The translations under genes were made by a program, and so were the position numbers. A DNA stretch of 63,990 nucleotides, the filler included, from Octopus bimaculoides (lineage: Eukaryota), in the NCBI RefSeq assembly GCF_001194135.2. It is 6 parts of 5 records of this genome, joined end to end, with 100 filler letters (N's around TTAATTAATTAA, not from the genome) between each part and the next. Parts side by side here need not be neighbours in the genome. Positions count along the whole stretch, not along the records: positions 62,987 to 63,990 come from NW_026384071.1; 5 more parts are not named here. One strand, 5' to 3'. Numbering within the stretch: the stretch's first letter is position 1; every line of letters starts with the position of its first letter. The notes beneath the pieces were generated by a model. That model saw only the letters and a program-made list of their open reading frames with translations, made no database searches and was not told where the DNA came from. Positions 63,933 through 63,990 of this stretch are shown here, piece after piece.

Positions 63933-63990
63933 GCATATATGCATGCATACATATATACAAGCATACATACATACATAAATACATACATAC
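63755..63990. repeat. (ATAC/ATGC)n microsatellite
   Basis: Seen directly. Confidence 0.95.

Noticed and set aside
77-63988. Most ORFs in the supplied track (poly-amino-acid, VCVC/YIYI/HTHT or X-rich)
   Set aside because: They are translations of microsatellites or N gaps.

Overview
This is AT-rich, repeat-dense eukaryotic DNA from a gapped draft assembly, with many N runs, five of which carry a TTAATTAATTAA filler. The SINE/LINE families and microsatellite load look most like an octopus (cephalopod) genome; this rests on my recall of those repeat families and is not verified. The only host gene I can support is two in-phase minus-strand exons of an SLC22/organic-cation-transporter-like MFS gene (60545-60753, 58631-58861), whose other exons I could not find. 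The rest is mostly mobile DNA: about 6 R4/Dong-type LINE fragments sitting in microsatellites, RTE LINE ends, four tRNA-derived SINE families, Tc1/mariner relics (DD36E, DD41D, mariner-type, DD37D-like) and a 264-bp fold-back element. There are no rRNA or tRNA genes and no CRISPR array. I cannot claim a new biological system. The best leads are a near-intact minimal type I hammerhead ribozyme (22914-22975), a decayed second one inside the SLC22 intron, a SINE-into-SINE junction repeated at the same nucleotide, an unexplained 324-344 bp tandem repeat, and several long inverted structures. Repeat boundaries were read by eye and may be off by 10-20 nt unless a TSD or TIR is quoted.
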